Below are positions 61,000 through 64,000 of a stretch of DNA of 64,000 nt, one piece after another. The stretch lies in contig OZ336885.1 in NCBI GenBank assembly GCA_965287045.1, positions 42,346,001 through 42,410,000 on the forward strand, read 5' to 3'. A program made the position numbers and the translations under genes. The notes beneath the pieces are model-generated. The model worked only from the letters and a program-made list of their open reading frames with translations, was not told where the DNA came from and did no database searches. Positions within the stretch are counted from its first letter, which is position 1. Each line of letters starts with the position of its first letter. This DNA comes from Carcharhinus amblyrhynchos (lineage: Eukaryota).

Positions 61000-61460
61000 T
61001 ATAAGCGTGTGCAGGATCGCGGGTGTCAATCAGCAGAGGTGCTGGCCAATGGGATAGCGAGAGGGAGGGGTTGGTGTGAAACTGACAACAGCTGAATCAC
61101 GAGGAGTGCACAGACAGCAGGAGTGAGGATCAGTGTGAAAGCAGTGCTCTATTCCTGGCTGAGAGAAGGCAGGAGAACATTGCTGCTCAGAAGTGGGGAC
61201 AGACGGAGAAGGAACACAGCCCCCCTGCAAATGCTCTCACCCTTTCTCCAGCAGTCCAGGCAAGGCTGCGTCTTGCTGCTGCTGCACGGATGCCTCGGGA
61301 GAGGAGCCAGCCGCGCCTGCCGGCTCGCAACAGCTGTCAGGACGGGAGCCCGCACCGGCGGAGGGGACCGCAGCTTCGGGGAGCCGGTTCGGGAGCGGTG
61401 GCCGGACCGCCGCCGCCTCGGCGCCTTAAGAGGGCAGTGCACGGTGAGCGAAGCGCTGAC
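61000..61460 (+). promoter_or_regulatory. CpG-rich candidate promoter and non-coding first exon
   Basis: Only clearly CpG-dense non-repeat segment in the window (61280-61460); CCAAT at 61046-61050; donor ACG|GTGAGC at 61443/61444. Confidence 0.55.
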
Positions 61461-61918
61461 GGTCACACCGCACCACATTCAGTCACACTCACTCATTCAC
61501 AGTTATTTACACATTCACACTTACAACATACACACAATATACGATACTGATTTACAAAACATATAAACTCACACAATACTCATTCACACTTGCAACGTAC
61601 TCACAACACGTTCATACTTACAGCGTACTCAATCCTGGCAACACAACAAAACAGGAGGGGTAGAAACAACTCCTTGTTTGCTTGACATGTGAACCTGCGA
61701 AGGGTAGAAAGTTAATGTTTGTGTTAAACGTTAACAGCTGGTCATTTTTATTTTCTTTGATGGAGAGGGGGGCCAAAAGAAGAAAAAGTCAAATCTCTTC
61801 CCTCCCAATAATTTTCAGCCTATATGGATTTTCCTTTACTCCAGCTACAGCTATTTCTTTAACCAAAAAGTGTTTTTTTTAAAAAAAACAACAACGGCTG
61901 GAGAAGAGCCCTGGGAAA

Positions 61919-61937
61919 ATGGTACAGCTGACTTTTG
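61919..61937 (+). CDS. Candidate initial coding exon segment (MVQLTF, phase-1 intron) of an unidentified gene
   Basis: Strong Kozak AAAATGG, then ATG GTA CAG CTG ACT TTT G|GTAAGC; pyrimidine-rich acceptors at 61818 and 61843. Confidence 0.3.
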
Positions 61938-62977
61938 GTAAGCGATACTTAAGAGTTGTCAGCTATGGCCCGGCTGGTCAGGGAGGTTGAGCGGATTGGG
62001 AAGAGGATGAGAAGTAAAACCCCGAGGACATCTCCAGCAGCCTATAAGTGAAGATTACCCTAAGGGAGGGTGGAGAATGCTTTCCAGATTTGGGACCACG
62101 TTTAAGGTGTGGCTTAGTTTACTGTGTTTCCTTCTTCGAAAGCAGAGTATAAACTGTTTGTAATGGGGATTGGGGGCTGGTAGAGAAAACAAATGTTAAA
62201 ATTGCAACGAAATCCTTGATTACTTTTCTAATTTGCTGGAAAATGATGCAGAATTAATAGAGTATTACAGTTTTGACATCCAGGATTGTGTTTTTTTTTA
62301 ATACAAGATCATCTGAAGTCACCATTTGCTTTATGTTGAAAAGAATGTCTGCAGTGCATAAAAAAAATTATATACTTTGCATTGGTTACTTGCAACAGGA
62401 AAGTGAGGTGTATTTTCTTGGCAAATTGCACTCCAATCTGTATGAAACTTTGCAACAACAGCCTAGTGCTTGTCCTGTTTATGGTGGAAACATTGTGCTT
62501 TTAGAGAGAGATAGGCTTATTGGAAACATTCAAGGCCCTGGAGGTTTGTAAATGACAGGATACGAAGGGAGCATTGACTGAACAAAATGGTAATGAAGTC
62601 TATCACTGAGAGATGACAGATGGAACATATAACCAGAGTAAGTGAGAACAGACTGATGAAGATTGTTATCTCATTATATGTAAAATGACCAAGGGCGAGG
62701 TTATGAAAACGCTGGTTTGTATTATGAGGTTTAAGAGTCCATTTGTTTTAATTGTATGGAAACTGAACGGTTCAGCCCTGATAGAGGGGATTGATGTGAT
62801 TTATTTGGCAATCTGAAGGCAAAAAAATCCATAAACCTTGGCTTGAGATAAGAATCAAATGATTTGGTGTGGTTGCCAATTTTACTGTTTCATGATGTGA
62901 TAGCAGTGATCACACGGAATACTGACTGCAGAATTTCAAATGAGGTTCATGGATAAGATCACAGGGAATAGGAATCA

Positions 62978-63226
62978 TCATAGAATCCCTTCAGTGCAGA
63001 AGGAGGTCACTCGACTGAGTCTACACTGACCACGATCCCACCTAGGCTTTGTTCTCATAACCCCACATATTTATCCTGCCTAGGGTCAATTTAGAATTGC
63101 CAATCCACCTAACCCACACATCTTTGGACTAGGGGAGGAAGTCAGAGCACCCAGAGGAAACCCACTCAGATACAGGAGATTGTGCAAATTCCACACAGAC
63201 AGTGACTTGAGGCTGTAATTGAACTG
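62978..63226 (-). mobile_element. HE1-like SINE (5'-clipped)
   Basis: Tail and V-core motifs. Confidence 0.8.
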
Positions 63227-63439
63227 GAGCAGAGGTAATCTTGTGTATAGTCTGTCAAAGCTGCTCCTCTATTTCGTACAGTCATGGCTAATCTTTGGTT
63301 TGGACCTGTATTTTGTATTCAGTAGTAAAAACAGAAAATGATGGATAACTTCAGCAGTATCTGCAGAGAGAGAAAGACAATGAACATTTTGAGTTTATCC
63401 AGCACTTGTTTTATTTTGGGTTTTCCAGCATCTGCTGGA

Positions 63440-63625
63440 AATAAAAGCATTTGCAACCCTTTGGAGTCAAATTCCAAAGATTCACAAAGTGAAGATATGT
63501 TTCTTCAATCCTAAACGATCATCTTATTATCCTAAGATTGTGCCCCTGTGTTCTGGATTCCCTAACCAGAGAAAACAACCTCTTGGGCTCTCTCCTACCA
63601 AACCCTTTCAGAATCTTGTATGTTG
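63440..63625 (-). mobile_element. Old CR1 3' fragment
   Basis: ESRTQGHNLRIIR-like motif on minus. Confidence 0.55.
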
Positions 63626-64000
63626 CATAATAACCCAGAAATAACTTGATACAAGTTCTTGATTTGAACTAATTCATCTCAACACAGACTGTTCCCAGTT
63701 AATGTCTAACCAGAATGTTTTCAGGCATGAAACAGTAGTACGGTAGATCCAAAACAATTCAGACTAAAGTACTGAATCAATTACAGCTTTTAATATAATA
63801 TAAAACAAATTTGCAATCAGTTTATCAATTTACTATAAAAGGAGTATCTTAAGGTTATTCAATAACTGTATATTTGTATTATGTACTCTAAAAGACAAAA
63901 AACAACAATGACTCACAGGCATTAAAACTGTAGGAGAAAGAAATAAAATCATGTTCCATTGAGTCACAATAAATTACTTATCACATTTTGTTTTGGGATG

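Noticed and set aside
61123-61566. 147-aa ORF across the CpG island
   Set aside because: Non-ATG start, GC-driven open frame running through a splice donor into CA-rich sequence

Overview
Eukaryotic, repeat-dominated DNA, almost certainly from a cartilaginous fish (shark). The basis is HE1-type tRNA-derived V-SINEs, DeuSINE-type SINEs, CR1/L2/Rex1/Tx1 LINE pieces, Penelope relics and Harbinger/hAT DNA transposons; family names come from motif recognition, not database searches. No intact host protein-coding gene is visible. The most informative items are: (1) a full-length processed retrocopy of a trefoil+ZP zona pellucida gene (ZPB/ZP4-ZP1 type) with a poly(A) remnant and 13-bp target-site duplication (6484-7848); (2) a young CR1 family, including a 5'-complete but internally deleted copy with a U_UUA_AAC slippery heptamer at its ORF1/ORF2 junction (~9800-12328) and a 5'-truncated copy with an open RT frame (33045-34220); (3) a ~235-bp A-tailed element headed by 29 nt identical to the 5' end of U2 snRNA (51378-51609, minus), about 1 kb from a Tx1-clade LINE relic; (4) a ~285-bp-arm inverted duplication (41692-43768); (5) a 27-bp minisatellite; (6) a tRNA-Val pseudogene; and (7) a CpG-rich promoter/first-exon candidate near 61 kb. 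Most ORFs in the supplied track are by-products of repeats. Element boundaries are approximate unless a TSD is quoted.
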